From positions 57,730,741 through 57,794,740 of the forward strand of contig VSWD01000007.1 in the NCBI GenBank assembly GCA_033119305.1: DNA of 64,000 nucleotides. Direction: 5' to 3'. This stretch comes from Pinctada imbricata. Lineage: Eukaryota. The notes beneath the pieces were generated by a model. That model was not told the origin of the DNA and did no database searches. It saw only the letters and a list, made by a program, of their open reading frames with translations. Position 1 is the stretch's first letter. Every line of letters begins with the position of its first letter. Positions 1-14,195 of this stretch are shown here, piece after piece. The translations under genes were made by a program, and so were the position numbers.

Positions 1-69
1 TTTATGACTAAACTTATGTTGGTGCTTGTGGATTTGGGTATAAAATAGATGGAGAATAAACGTAAGTTG

Positions 70-715
70 TTGAAAATCACAAGGTCAATTTCACTAGGTA
101 AAAGGTCATAGTATCAAGTGAAAGCTCACATCACAAGGAATCTAATTGTGAAATATCAACTTTGAAGCCTGATCTCTAATAGACATTGCCAAAGTTTTTG
201 TTTTTATTTCTTAATTGGTCAAAGATTGCAATGAAGGTCACTACCTCAAAGTTCATGGTATCAAATGAAAACTTACGTCGCAAGGAATCTACACATACAA
301 TCAAACACTTTGAATGAAGAAACAAAGCCGAAAAGTTGAAGTTTTTCAAAAAAAAAGGACTTTGTCCATGGTCAAGGTCACTAGGTCAAATGTTATGGCA
401 TAGATTAAAAGGTCTTGTCATTGGCAACTTACCTGTCTAATATTAAGTATCTATTTCATAAATTTCTTTAGATTTACCAAAAATTTTAACCGAAAAATTA
501 AAGAAGGTCAAAGTCAAAGGCCAAGGTCAATAGGTCGAATGTTATGACAAATTGAAATGCCTTGTCAAGGGCAACCTAGATGGATAATACTAAATTTCTA
601 CTGCATACAGTTCCTTAGATTTTGCTACAACCAGAAACTTTAACAAAAATACATGTATTGACGATAGACGGACGGACGGACTTTGTTTTCGGTCAATAAG
701 TACCCGATGATACCG
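70..715 (+). repeat. Array of ~160-bp AGGTCA-rich BIV160-like subunits ending in a (GACG)n microsatellite (Helentron-like HINE/pearl-type composite repeat)
   Basis: Three to four degenerate ~160-bp subunits share the block tcacaaggaatctacatgtgaaatatcaa-gcc; (gacg)5 lies at 664-685. The same architecture recurs at 8020, 16600, 17450, 23400, 27840 and 47590. Confidence 0.5.
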
Positions 716-2189
716 GTATTTAAACCTGCATGACTAGAAGGATCAAATGATAAAAAAAACAAAAACAAAAAAACAGAAAACTACGCTTCAGCAAGACAAG
801 TCAACAACAAGAACCAGAGACATCAAAAATCACCTTGAAGTGCACAAAACAAGCAAAAATTTCATCGAGATCGTACGGATATTGTAATTATATAAATTAT
901 ATCTCTCATATCACGGAGGCAATTTCTGATTCTATTGTTTCAAAAAGAGCTTGACCTATAAGTGGAATCCTTGACATTTTACAAAGTACATACTGCACTC
1001 TATGTTGATCTCTTGGAGATTCACAGTTATTATTCAAATTTCGTTACGTCGGAGCAAGTTACAAGATTTATACAAAACTGAGCAGTTTCCCAGTTATCTG
1101 AAAGGTTTTCAAGGCGTATATACACAAAGGACTCACAAGTCGAGAAAACGTTTCACTAATAAAAGAAATTCTTCTTCATCATCAAAAATTACCAGACGGT
1201 GTAATATTTCTGACTAAACTGTCAAAAGATCAACCCTTATCTTCCTTTACTCCCTATAACATATTCTACTCAAGGGAAATAATCCAGAAAGTCAAAGAAC
1301 AACCATCAATCAAAATTATGTCTGATACATTGTTGTAGGGCATTGATAAGGTATAGGATTTACATTCTGGTAAGGTTTAAGGGGTAACAATCGTCTCAAT
1401 AACTATTACAAGTGCTGCATACAAAGTTTGACTTGAATGTCGTTTATCTTTGTAATTTACCATACGATTCCATAGGGACGAAAATAACTTGATTGGAGTT
1501 CAAAGATTTGGCCTGAATGATCAAATAAGGTCAACTTGTGACATACTTTGACTTGGGTCAGGTCTGAAAACATAAGTTAAAAGATGACAACTTCAGTGGT
1601 TATTCCGCTTAATAATATATCATACTATATATTTACTTATTTATCTGTCTAATTATTTTATAAGTATATATTTATTCAAAAGTATCTAAAGATTCATATG
1701 TATCTATTAATGTGATAATTTATTAAATTATATACATGTATATATTTTTGAATTCATCAAATTAATTCATTTATTCACTTTTTATCCTGAAAATGATTTT
1801 TTTTTCAGATCTCTGCAATGATACGGAAAGAAAAACAAAACTGGTATCTCAATTAAGTTCCGTTATCCTTTTGTATGACAAAAACTAAGGTTACTAAGGT
1901 GTCAATGACTTGATTCCTGGTTCCGTTTTGGAGTTTCCTTAGATTATTAATCTTTAGATCTCAAATCCAGATGACAATTCCCGTTCTTATTCTAGTCGAA
2001 GCCAAGATATAGTATCAATGTAGAAATAGGATGTAAATACTTTTTAGTTGTTTTTTTTTTTCTTTTCTCAGCAAGGGAATTACATTACAACACAATAATA
2101 ACAAATGTATTTTGAAGAAATAATTTTACAATCTCTTGTTATTCTTATTAACAATATATTTGTGAAACAAATGCCTTTTCGGCATCATA

Positions 2190-2400
2190 AGTAGGTCACT
2201 CTAGGGTCAAGGTCACGAAGTCAAATTTTGGTACCAATTAGACAGGTTTGAAATATGGAGGCCCTTTTTCGTACTTTTCAAGACTTATGTCAAGGTTAGA
2301 GTTTTTTCAATAGAAGGTCAAATTCAATTATTCAAAAGTAGGTCAAATTCCACGCTCAAGATCAGACGCTTAGAAATTTTGTGAGTGATAGACAAGTCTT
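2190..2400 (+). repeat. AGGTCA-module dispersed repeat fragment
   Basis: ggtcaaggtcacgaagtcaaatt and aggtcaaattc modules resemble the subunits elsewhere in the window. Confidence 0.3.
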
Positions 2401-4704
2401 GACAAAGGGATTACACATGTAAAATATGAAACTTTGAGCCTTATCACTTGCAATTTAGAAGTTATAAAAGCCAAGATTAATAAATGAGTTTTTTTTTTTT
2501 TCGGTCGAGCCTATAAACAGACAAACGGAAAGGCAAAAAATTATATGCCATCGAATCTCTCATTACGTGAGCATAAAAAAATGAGACGAAATTATTACAT
2601 CATTTCGGTTAAGAACGAAATAGGCAATGAAGCGATCTTCAACAAGCGGTTATAGTAAAGATACAGATATGCTAATCATCGAGTTTCTCCTTCCAATTAT
2701 CTTCATAGGATATTGCATAAAATGTTTCATAAGAAATGTTTCAGCCTTGTAGAACTCTAACGAAATTCTATTATTTCATATTTGATCTTTGGTCGTTGAC
2801 TATGTCATCTTTAGTCTCAAATTTACTTATAAAACCTAATGATTAAAGTGTATATATAGATCTTCAAAAGGAATATTTCCTAGCAAAGACATCGATCTTG
2901 AAAATCCAAAGCAAGCCTCGTCTAATAGGCTACAAATTTTACAAAACCTTGCTTTCTTGGGTGTAAGCAATGTCAAAACGCATTAAAATATGTCTCTCTA
3001 GCTTCGATCTGGGGAAATGAAATATTCAGTGAGGAGATGGTCGCAATAAAAGGATATAGTAAGGATTTTCGAAGGTCACTAGAAAGTCAAATCGCAGGGC
3101 AATCCTGCACAAAATTCTCGTCAAATGGAGGGAAGGGATGGTAAAGTGAAGCTATTCCCTACAATAACAGAAACTTTGCGCTTTTTACGATATCAAAATA
3201 TATTTGATTTCTATAACAGCTGGTATTTGGTAAACTAAACGATGAAAGCAGAACTGAATATACTTCTTAGTCGAAGTGCCCTAGAGGCTAAAACGAACGT
3301 ACTCAATCTTCACATTTGCAGACTTTTTAGAACCAATAGTACGCAAAATCTACTTTGAGAAAGGTATATGCATCAAAGATTACAAATTTATCTCGCTAAT
3401 TGTCATGCAAAAATTCCTGTACTATATTCACATCATTTAGCACAATCGGAAAATACATAAACAAGTCTCCACTGACACAGTATGTGCTTTATGTGAAGCG
3501 TTAAATGCATATTCTTGATAGCTTCTAAAATAGCTTAACAACAAGGTGGTTGAAGAATACTGCTCACTCGTCTATGAGCTTCTTTGAGAAATTTTGCACA
3601 TTTCCTATACCCCTATTTTTACTTTGACAGATTTATTATTCCTCTCCAACATGAATAAGTTTGACAGATCTTGATTAATGCAAAATTGATTGTGCTACAA
3701 CTGCTTTTGAAATATGACTTCAAAACTAGAAAATTAGTAAATCGAAAATAGAGTACACGATTGATACTAGAATATCAGATTCAGGGGTGAAAAGGGGGTG
3801 TCCTAATCACCTTCCCTCCACAACAGTGACCCAAAATTTTCCAATACTTTGTATTTTAGAAAATTTTCGATCAAACTCGGACAAAGGGAGCACTGGATCC
3901 GCCACTGAATAACTTCATTGATAGGGTAAACCAGGATAAAAGTATGATGATCATTCTATATCTACTCTACAATGCAGGCTTAGATGCTTCAAAGAAAGCA
4001 AATGGGAAGCTCGTGATATACGACTGCATAGGTTTTGCATATATTGAAACCTTATCAATTTCTATGTTCATTCGGTCGTCAAAAATCCGACCATCCCCGA
4101 AACACTATTAGGCTAATCAGCAAAACCCAAAGAAGTTCATCTCTATCTCCAGTACAAATTCAAACGCACTGCACTACTGCATCCTTTTATGCTGTTCGAA
4201 TACCTCAACCTGAAACCCCACTCTACCTCGACAAGCTCTAAAACGAGAGTGTTCGAACAGACAAATTGGAAAGATCGTTATAATGTGATCAATGGAATAC
4301 CACACAAGAATATCAAAGGAAATGTTGAGATTACATCGACTGAAGAAAGTTTTATTCATCTTTAATCCAGCTCTAGGTTTATTTAATGAGATTTAGATGC
4401 TGCATCAGACCTTTTTCAGCGACTTGTGACAGCTTTAAAAGCTGAAATCAAGGAATTCTTAGCATCGCTCGCGATAAGGACCTGGTAGTCAAGCATTAAA
4501 TCGTTCTACATATTTTCGTCAAACAGGAATCTCTAAAATCAAGAGCAATCACTTCTAATGGCATGTACTGAAAGTATGCCACTCAGAACAGATTAGACAT
4601 GAGTTGTACAGGAGATAATATTTTGACAAAACTTGAACTTTGAAATTAACATCAACAGTTTTATTCTCCTAAACCAACAAACCTATTTTTCTCCAGTGTC
4701 TGGT

Positions 4705-4706
<2 letters not shown>

Positions 4707-4774
<68 letters not shown>
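4707..4774. repeat. (CT)n microsatellite, ~34 units
   Basis: Uninterrupted ctctct run visible directly in the sequence. Confidence 0.95.
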
Positions 4775-4778
<4 letters not shown>

Positions 4779-5199
4779 GACGATTTCATAACAATCATGA
4801 TGTTTTAAACAATCTCAGCACTTCTGGATCGCAAAATGTCCAAACTCGAACTTGCTTTTTAAATATGGCTTCAAAACTTAATAAAAGCCAATCATAGCAT
4901 ATATCACTGAATGTGGCAGATGAGGACTTCGTGACTAAATCAATTTCCAACGTCCTGCAGAATATGATGACGTCTGAATTGATTCTGTGAGATACAAGTG
5001 CAAGAAAGCAATGTTAAGTTCCGTTATTCATTTTAAAGTTCGATGCTTATGAAATGAAAGTAAATTTGTGTGCTATTCAATGTATTCATAAATTTTCTAC
5101 ACAAAATCATAAATCTGTTAAATTCGAAAGCCGAAATCACGACTTCAAGGAACAAATCAGAACATTTTCATTTGACTTCCAAGAAAAGCTGCAATACCT

Positions 5200-5370
5200 G
5201 TGCATATAATATTTCCTTTCACTGTGACCTTGACCTTGGCAATATGACCTGTCACACTCTAAGGCCCATGGTATGAACATCTTTTTTCAATTCCATATGA
5301 ATCAAACGTCATGGCTTGAACAAGAACATGACCTTAACCTTTCCAATATGACCTTGGTTCAAGGTCAATA
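5200..5370 (-). repeat. TGACCTTGACC-module repeat (inverse orientation of the AGGTCA family)
   Basis: tgaccttgaccttggcaatatgacc and catgaccttaacctttccaatatgaccttggttcaaggtca. Confidence 0.35.
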
Positions 5371-6517
5371 AACACATTTTGGTTTGGGGGAATAATATTG
5401 TGAAATACCTATAGGTCAAAGCCATCAGAATTTTCATTTCCTTTCAATGCCTTGTAGATATATGACTGGTTAATGTTCATGAGACAGGCTTTGTTCCTTT
5501 ACAACAATTCTGTGAAATATTATCCTAATCCATGAACAATTGAAACAGTTATGAACAATATGACTTAGGACATACGACATTGACAGCCTAGGGTCATTTG
5601 CAACAATTCATGAAATTCATGCGTGTAAAAACGACTAATGGATAAACGGACAAATTCCTATATATCCCGAAGTCTTGTTTGAATGGGTATACACACTATA
5701 TAAAGACTGTTTTCTCGCTAATTGCTCAAAACATTAAAACATTGCAGACGTGCTTTCTCTGTAACTCTGTTCAGAGATTCTGTGACAAGTTTGATCCCAA
5801 AACTTTTAGTACAGAAATGTTTTTTTGCATTTAGTGTCTAATTGCTGATAAATCTGTGAAAATAATTACAAAACTTGGGTCTGTTTTGTATTTATTTTTT
5901 AATTTATCTATTTATTTATTTGTATTTATCTATTTAATTTGATGAAACACATGTACCTTCCCCGTTGTAGATCGTCTTTTTGCTGGATAATATTGCTTTT
6001 GTATTTTCATAATTTTTCTTTCCGTAAGGCGAATTGAAAAAAAATGAATATCTTAATATCGACAGAATCAAGAAGTACAGAACTGACAGTCAAAACAAAT
6101 GTATATTCTTTTTTAATCAGTGGACACCAAAAGGATTTATCAAGTCTTACATGGTTTCAAAGTAGTTATATGAGAGGATATATCATGTATTGGAAATGTG
6201 TCATATGCATGATACTTGTTCACAATTCCAACACATTGTTTTATCACAATCCATATCATTCCTTATCACAATATCTGTTTTCTTCTCCATGTAACAGTGT
6301 GCATACGGAATAAATCACGGCATAAATCAATGGCACAAAATGAAGAAGAACAAAAAAAGAAGAAAAGAAAATGAAGTACAAAACCATCAAAACAAGTGTA
6401 CTATTCAAGATGTACAATAGACAGAGCTTTATGCAAATTTCATGGATTTTATTTTTCTTTTCTTTCTTTCTTTCTTTTTTTGATTATTTGAAAAGAAATA
6501 TATACAATAACTCACCA

Positions 6518-6792
6518 TAGATATTTCCTTTCAGTTCTGTATTTTCATTTCCTCTGTCTGCAGATTGTTGTTCGTCAGCATGCTCCTGATGTGACCTTGA
6601 ACTACCATCAGTATTATATGATGAGGGGTCAAGGTCATACTGACCCATGGTATCCATGACAACTTGGATGTCCTTGGTTTTCTGGACAATCACTTCCATC
6701 CTGTTCCTTCCATGCTCCTCAAAGACATTTTGACTTTCTGTAGAGAAGATATAGTAAAAACTGTGGTAGAATTTTTCCAGCAAGTGGCTCAT
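6518..6792 (-). CDS. Candidate first coding exon of an unidentified host gene (ATG to a GTGAGT donor)
   Basis: Minus-strand ORF MSHLLEKFYHSFYYIFSTESQNVFEEHGRNRMEVIVQKTKDIQVVMDTMGQYDLDPSSYNTDGSSRSHQEHADEQQSADRGNENTELKGNIYG ends exactly at a consensus donor aaatatctatg|gtgagtt. Non-repetitive and locally higher GC. No homology recognised. Confidence 0.3.
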
Positions 6793-8019
6793 TGTTAGAA
6801 TGGTCTTTGGAAAGCTTTTTGATGTTCTGACAGCAAGGCAGACTTTTGTATTGCAGTCTGATTCAAGAAGCAGAATTTGGGGAAGCCGAAATCATCTTTG
6901 TATTACGTCACAGCAAAGCATGATATCTCATAAGAGAATTGAGATAGAGGGAAGAAGATTAACCAAGAGTTTGAATATCCGACTGTTTTCTCAGTTATAA
7001 GCCTGCTTTACTACTGCATATGTGCCTATATATATATTGTAAGTGAGAAAAATTGTATAAGACGAGGAGATCCAATATATGTAATGTAATAAAATGCATC
7101 AAGTTTGATTGATCGCCCTTATTTTTAAACCAGGTAAATCATATCATGTCAAAAAATTAAAGTGTAAAAGGATAGAGGCAAGAATTGCTTGAAAATATAT
7201 AGCATAAGATGGTATGGTGCTTGATCAAAAGCTTGGGACCGAGCGTCATCTATGTTTTTTTTTTTTATTTTGTCATAATATAATTTACTATGCTAGTATT
7301 TGTCTTTTTTTTTTTTTGAAGAAATGTAATTTGGTCATTATGCAATTTACAATTCATTCCGTTGAGTTAAATAATGGATTGCAAAGCTAAATGCTAACTG
7401 TGCACAGTGATTAAGTATCAGACCCATGTCCTTTGCGGTAACTTATATTGAGTTTTCAAGAGCAAGTCACAATGCCGAAGTTAAAAATGTCAAAAGTCAT
7501 ATTAAAAGATATGGGTTTTATCATTTGTTAACTACAGCAAAGTACAGTCTTTAGTTCTTTTGAATTTTGTTTCAACCAGTAACTTAAACCTAATAATTTA
7601 TGGTTAGAACAGACAGACAGACAGGCGGACATGTCAGATATCGCTTATCTATGGACCGAATCACATAACAAGCCCAAAACGGCTTTAAGATAGGAAAGAC
7701 ATCAACTAATACTTTTCTACTATGTCCATTTCCCAATTGGAATATGACTTCATTGTACGTTTGTTACACTAAATGACACTCGAACAGCAGTGTTTATCAC
7801 CCTATGAAAACTTCAGATTTTATATGGTGTCAGTGAATGAAGAGAAAGAAGCCTTTCATCTATAGGACCTAAGATTAAGCTATTTGTACCACTCGCCCTC
7901 CAGCTTAAGCTATCATTCAATACCAAGGTTAGAAATAAGCTAGAAGTTTGAAAATGCGACAAGCTAGGATATTCCGAGTGTGCGACATAGTGCGATTGTA
8001 TAAGAATGTTCAAGGACAG

Positions 8020-8262
8020 GCATGTTTGACCCCAAGTACGTGACCTTGACCTTATGACAGGGACCTTGACCTACATAAGGTTCTTAGTCTTATCATGTTT
8101 TACTATCCCAACAAGTTTGAAAGATGTCTGATGTATATCAAATAAGTTATAGTCAAATATGTGAAAGAGTGACCACCAGACAGACGGACGGACGGAAGCC
8201 GGACAAAGTGATCCCTATAATTATGCCGCTCTTGCGATGCAGACGACATGTAAATTATGTGA
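8020..8262 (+). repeat. HINE/pearl-like unit: TGACCTT modules, (GACG)n, conserved tail cttgcgatgcagacgacat
   Basis: gacagacggacggacggaag at ~8180, then tail gatccctataattatgccgctcttgcgatgcagacgacat, similar to the tails at 17700 and 23560. Confidence 0.5.
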
Positions 8263-9587
8263 GCGACCGACGAGATTTGAAATCGCTAAATTAATGCATT
8301 GAAAAATCAGATTGTGTCTTTACATCTTGATGGTTTCGTTACATGCACATCATAACTATAAAAGCACTTAGAACTTCAAGGCATACATAGCCCAATTAAA
8401 TTCATTTTCCCTCGATATCCCCGAGCATCCCTGTACATCTTTTCATAGAGAATTGCCATCTAATAGAATATGATAGGATTCTACGTAAACAAGAGTCCTT
8501 GTTAAGACCATATAGAGATTTTTTATCTGTTTATCGTATTGTCATTTTCAAGGTTACCACCATGTCCTATATTATCCTCAATCAATAGTTAATTACCATG
8601 AACTTACACGATTTGTCTGTCCTCGAACTACCAGCATTTTCTTCGCAGTATTGATGCCTTATAAATTTGCTATCAACGTCTATCAAACGAGTTTTAGTTT
8701 ACGGATAAATGAAGTTGAATGACCACGCCTTGAGTTCACATAGGACAAGGCAACAAGTCGTTTTATAGAAACTAGTTACAATCGATTTTTCATAGAAACT
8801 ATTTTTTCGTGATTTTCTACAATAGCCTTGAAAATAGATTCTAATGATTTTTCCAACAATAGTTTCAATGCATATAAAACGTTATTCATTAAACTGACCA
8901 TGATTAGCCTAATCATTTATCTACGTACAAGATAAATATTTTACTCGTTGAAAATTTTACTCTCGAAAATACGCTGATGCTTTATTTTCAGCCTGAACCA
9001 CGAATAAACGAGCCATGACGGCTTTCATTGCAGAAAAGATCTACGAACACATTCTAAGACTAAAACAGGTCGAAATTCCCATTATATGATTTCCTTGCAG
9101 ACTAAACAGTTTAAGAAAGAAAATTATGTCACTGTCGTCTGCAACAACAGTTCATAACATTTGAAGTGGTCGAGTATGTCACATAAGATGTGCTGGCCAC
9201 AAAGATACCAACGACCTATTAGGCCAATATAAAGCAAGACTTTGTCTGCTCAAGGCTTTTACCAGTTGCCGCCATGCAATATCGCTATGCAAATTACTGC
9301 TTTATTAAATTCATTTACGTAAGGAAAATATCCAATAAAAGAACCGATTAGCTTCTCTCAAATTTCGCCCCAAATGATTTATTTTGTTAACCGGACTCTT
9401 ATAGAAAATTTACGTCATTCCGATTTTTTTTTTTAAACGTTCTTCTTTGATAAAGATTTATCTCACGCTAACATAGACAGTGTCAAGAAAGAAGAGGAGA
9501 CCATGTACCTTACGATACTGAATAATACAAGAATTCGTACTACCGTTAAACCTTAGTTTTCAGTGCTGCCAAAGTTGTGTGGCTTTC

Positions 9588-9733
9588 AATTGACCCTTCC
9601 GATTGCGGGAAAACATGCAAAATTTCGTGACGTCCACAATGCTTTTACCATGTGCTTACTTCGGACAAACAAGCTTGCATTGTGACGTCATGGAATTTCT
9701 AAAAAAAATTCCCGCGTTCGGAAGGGTCAATTG
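9588..9733. repeat. 145-bp palindromic element with 22-bp terminal inverted repeats and internal TGACGTCA (CRE-like) motifs
   Basis: ttgacccttccgattgcgggaa ... ttcccgcgttcggaagggtcaa (21/22 inverted match); tgtgacgtcatgg lies inside. Confidence 0.4.
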
Positions 9734-12700
9734 TGCGAAGTTCTTACCCATATTGAGTATGCGCAGTTGTACTCATATACATATAGACAATTTGACCTGC
9801 AGACGTGAAAAACTGAAATATCCTATTTGGTACATGTTTAGAACATTCAAAATGCAAATTACCTCACAGGTATTCATTTCTGTTTTTATTTCATAGAATT
9901 TTTAGGAAATTGAATAAAATCTTTGAAAATATTTCAGATATTACATTATTGGTATCAAAGAAAAACAAATCTTTATGACAAGTATCCCTACTTCGTCTTA
10001 TTGTGAACGTTATTCTTACTTGCTGCTTACTTAAAGGATGAAAAAATAGTCAGAAAGCAGGTGCATCAATTTGTAAATGTTTTGTATACATTTCCTATTC
10101 ATGTTCCCTTAAATATCGTGAAAAACAGAAAACTGTTTTAGTTCCCCAGACCGTAGCACTTTAAGCAATAGATTAATGACCATTTACCAAATTTTCGCTT
10201 TCAATTTTCTTCATTAAATTAGATTTGATGCTAATTATTCCAATGAGGATCAGATTCGCATAGAATTCACACAATAAAAGAGTAAAATTGTGCCCAAATT
10301 GTATACCTCAACATTGTATCTTCCTATAATAACGAGTCTATAGTTAGACTCATGCATATCTATAATGATGTCAATGGGTTGAAATGATGTCAATGTTACC
10401 TTACTTTATGTAAGACAAAGGAAGTGCATGTGTGATAACAGGATGAATCAAATAATTTGACCTCATATTCTATGATTTATGATTAAAGACTTATAAAAAG
10501 TACCTGCTTTATAGTATATGCACTATAGAATACAATTATATCATATATGCATGAATCAGATTTTATGCAAATTAATGCATATTGCTATGCATTCAGGAAA
10601 CAAGATCTCATGTAAATTAACTAAAAAGTTATCTGTGAGAATGCAGCCAAAATCTATTGCAAATTAAATTGATTTTAAAGTGCATTAAACCCTTCCTATG
10701 AAGTTGTAAAGCAAAACAACTATTGTTTACCCCAAAAAAAATCTGAACATTCTTACACATTGAGGAAAAAAATAAATACTAGTATATTCATTCTGAAGTT
10801 TAACATTTTGATCTTGCATTTTTGGTTAAATTATGATGAACTATCTAGGTGCTACTGACTTGGATGGACAAGCAGACCACAAAAGCCACTACAGGCTGTC
10901 AAAATTATTTGGGAAATTACAATGTAATATCTTTGCTGTGGATATTTGAAAGGTGAAACTTGTAACTTATTATTGAAATTGATGTCGAACTATATACACT
11001 TCTATCAGTATGTTGAGGTTATCTCGGAAACAAAATTTACAGCCATTAATCAACTGCATCTCGACACTTGTAATCAAATAGAACTATGAAACAGAGAAAT
11101 TACAAGTTCATTGCCCCATTAACCTGTGTACCTTCAAGCTAATCTTAATTAGAGAAAACAGAGCTCCTTCCTAGTTGTTGTCAAAAACTAAAATAACAAG
11201 TGGAAAGAAGTATGAAAGAGTTCAAAATTCTCAACAAATGAAACTATGCAATCATCAAGAGTCTTTGGGAACTTCATTGTTTTTATGATTTACAGAAAAT
11301 AAGTTTTTGAATACCTGTGCCTCAACAAAAGTTTTGTTTTTTTTTTTTTCTTTTGGGGCAAGTAGTTTAAACTTAAAGGTCAAGGTCACTTGGTCAGATA
11401 TGAATGATAGAGCCAAAATGAAGGAAAATCTAACCTATGAAAGCTCAGCTGTCAAAGTTTAAGAGTTATGGTCAAGGTAAATGTTTTCATTCAAAGGTGT
11501 CAATGCAAATGGACAGACCAAAATTCATTTGTTCCATAACCCCAATAAAAGAACCACAATCCCAATAAAAGAAGCATAAAAAGATATGCAGTAGCAAATT
11601 ATCTGAAGGCTTAGGTCATGATGTAATGAGTTATGGGACCAAAAGAGGGGATTTGTCACATCCAGTACTCATGCTCTACTACATTCCTCCAAGAAGAAAT
11701 GAGGAGAGTAAAACTGTGTTAAATGTATGTCAAGCAACAATGTCAAGGTCATCAGATCAAATATTTTACTTCCACTGAAAAGATTTCTTTATTTCAAAGG
11801 GAACTTGCATGTGAAATATCAACGTCCTTTCACTTGCAGTTGAAAATTATAACAGTTAGTATATTTTTCTGAAATACCAAAGTCACATATTTTGGTATGA
11901 AAAGGAGTCTTGTTACATGAATTACTACATTCAAGTTATGAAAGTCCTATCAGCAAATTTTGATTGTAATAGCTCGTGAAATGAATTGGACAGACAGAAT
12001 GACAGACAAACAGATGGTCAAGTACATTTGAGTTTTGCAAATAAGCTACAGGTGGAAAAGTACATTTGTATTCAAAATAACCTTTTCTTCTCATCCTCTG
12101 GATGATGTGGTACTGTTATAATATTCCATTACAAGTATTTTGAATCTTTATGAAAATTTATTGAAAATATTAAAATCTATTTTGGATTTCTTTTCTAAAG
12201 ATATGTAATGTGTCTACGAATTTGGTTCAAAATATCTTGAAAATTTGAGGAGTGAGGATACTGAATTGACAGAAGGTAAAACTCTCCCAAAGTGTATCCA
12301 GCTTTCTGATGGTTCTACCTTAATGTTAAACTTCTGCCATTACTAATAACTACAGGCTTCAGTGAATATTTACCCTGAGTTTCCTCCCCTGGCCAATCCG
12401 TTTCTGCCATTCGTTGATTTGGCATATCCATTATCTCGCGGCTTCTCAGCAAGTCTTCAAATATCTGTATATCCTCAACTGCAAGCATATAGATCACTCT
12501 CGTTATCAATCCAAGAGAGATAACTCTTGATCTTAGATACTTAACTAGTTCCTGCTAAACATTGAAGAATATCATCTACACACTTGTCTTAAACAACATT
12601 ATCCTATCCATCCTTAATAAAACTATGCATAATTATTTAGTGACACTAACATGGTGTGAGCATTAAAATGAAGTAAATGAAATATATGATTTGTTTAGAA

Positions 12701-13207
12701 ACATCAAATTCAACCAGGAACAATTTTTTTTCAAAACTACATGAAATTCTAAATTTCCACTTTATTTCTGAGAATGATATGGCCAATTCACATCACATTT
12801 GAATAGACCATATCCTGCTAAAGCATTCACTTTACACAATGGTTCAGAATTCAGATCATATACATACAAACTAGATTATATACATTGTTTGAACTTGTTT
12901 GAACTTTTTCAAAGTAAAATGTGAATTGATTATCTTCCTGGTTCAAAAACTTGTATCTAGAAAATAAAAAATTTGATGATACATGTAGCTTACTCTTTAG
13001 TTGCTTAATATGAAGAATTCAAATGGGGCTATTCGGAATCTAATAATGTAAACCGTCTTTTATTTGCGAGCGTTTTAGTCCTTCGAGTCGCGAATATAAA
13101 ATGCCATGAATATATCCAGACACATGTGTAGTAAGATACATACATAAGATGTCAAGAAAATAAAAGTCGCGAACCAGTCACCTCACTCTTATTATCAAAC
13201 TTAAGAC

Positions 13208-13990
13208 TAGTGATGGGCCGATTATCGATAATAATCGATTAGCGGCGTGTTGAAGTCATCCGATTTCGATAATCAGTTTTAAAATAAATAATCGATAGCG
13301 TGAAAGTACAGAAAGGGAGGGGGGCCGCTCAGGGAGCAGAGGAAATTCTGTCCAATTGTCTAAAGTATTTCAAATAATTTCTCTACTAAATCATTGTTGT
13401 TATAATGTTGTAGAGTAACAGAAGCTAGCAGCATGAAATTAGAGAGAATAAATGTAAAAGCTAGTAAATCATTAATTTATTTAATGACAATTTTCACGTC
13501 ACCGGACTTTTAGGGATTGCCGACGGACCGACGATGACGGTAAATTCTTCAATTCTAGTCTTTTTTTTTAAGTAAACTGATTTTATTACTTGATTGATAA
13601 TAGTTGAAGATAATCTTGCTTGATGTTACTGTTTATGTTGACAGATACTTTGCAAATACTATTATGACCCCCCCCCCCTTTCCACTAGCTCCTCAACGAA
13701 CACATTTACTGAAAAATGATTGTTTTTTAATACTTTTCATGCATTTTTCATGAAATAATGGAAAGGGTAAAGGGGGTTATTTTTACATAGATTAAGTTTA
13801 TTCAAGATTAAATACATCATATGATCACATATGCATTGCGTATATTACAAATGTAGGTTTTGTTCGGATAAAAAATAGTAAATTTGAGTAGAATGTGATA
13901 AACCGATTATAATCGGTAAAATCGCATCGGATACACCAACCGATTCTAACCGACTATCGATGATGTTTCTAAACCGATTTCCCATCACTA
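13208..13990. mobile_element. hAT-type non-autonomous element (MITE), 783 bp, with a perfect 8-bp TSD CTTAAGAC
   Basis: TIR TAGTGATGGG...CCCATCACTA. Identical CTTAAGAC at 13200-13207 and 13991-13998. Subterminal cgatt/aatcg repeats. No ORF. Confidence 0.6.
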
Positions 13991-14039
13991 CTTAAGACGC
14001 TGTGAATAATAGATGGTTTACAGTAATATTCTGGGCAAA

Positions 14040-14195
14040 AAAAGAACAAATGCTAGTGTTGACTTACATATTAAAACAGAAAAGTTTGTACAAAAAAAAA
14101 AACATGCTAATGTTGCTTTACATATTAGAACAGAAAAGTTTGTACAAAAAAAAACATGCTAATGTTGATTTACATATTAGAACAGAAAAGGTCTC
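14040..14195. repeat. Minisatellite of ~58 bp, 3 units
   Basis: Unit ttacatattagaacagaaaagtttgtacaaaaaaaaacatgctaatgttg, repeated three times. Confidence 0.8.

Noticed and set aside
9603-9896. 97-aa plus-strand ORF
   Set aside because: It overlaps the palindromic CRE-containing element. Composition and lack of motifs argue against coding.
12330-12480. Possible small minus-strand exon (acceptor atgcttgcag, donor cag|gtaaat) encoding EDIQIFEDLLRSREIMDMPNQRMAETDWPGEETQ
   Set aside because: Only ~100 nt with no recognisable homology and no neighbouring exons. Splice-like signals at this density occur by chance in AT-rich DNA.
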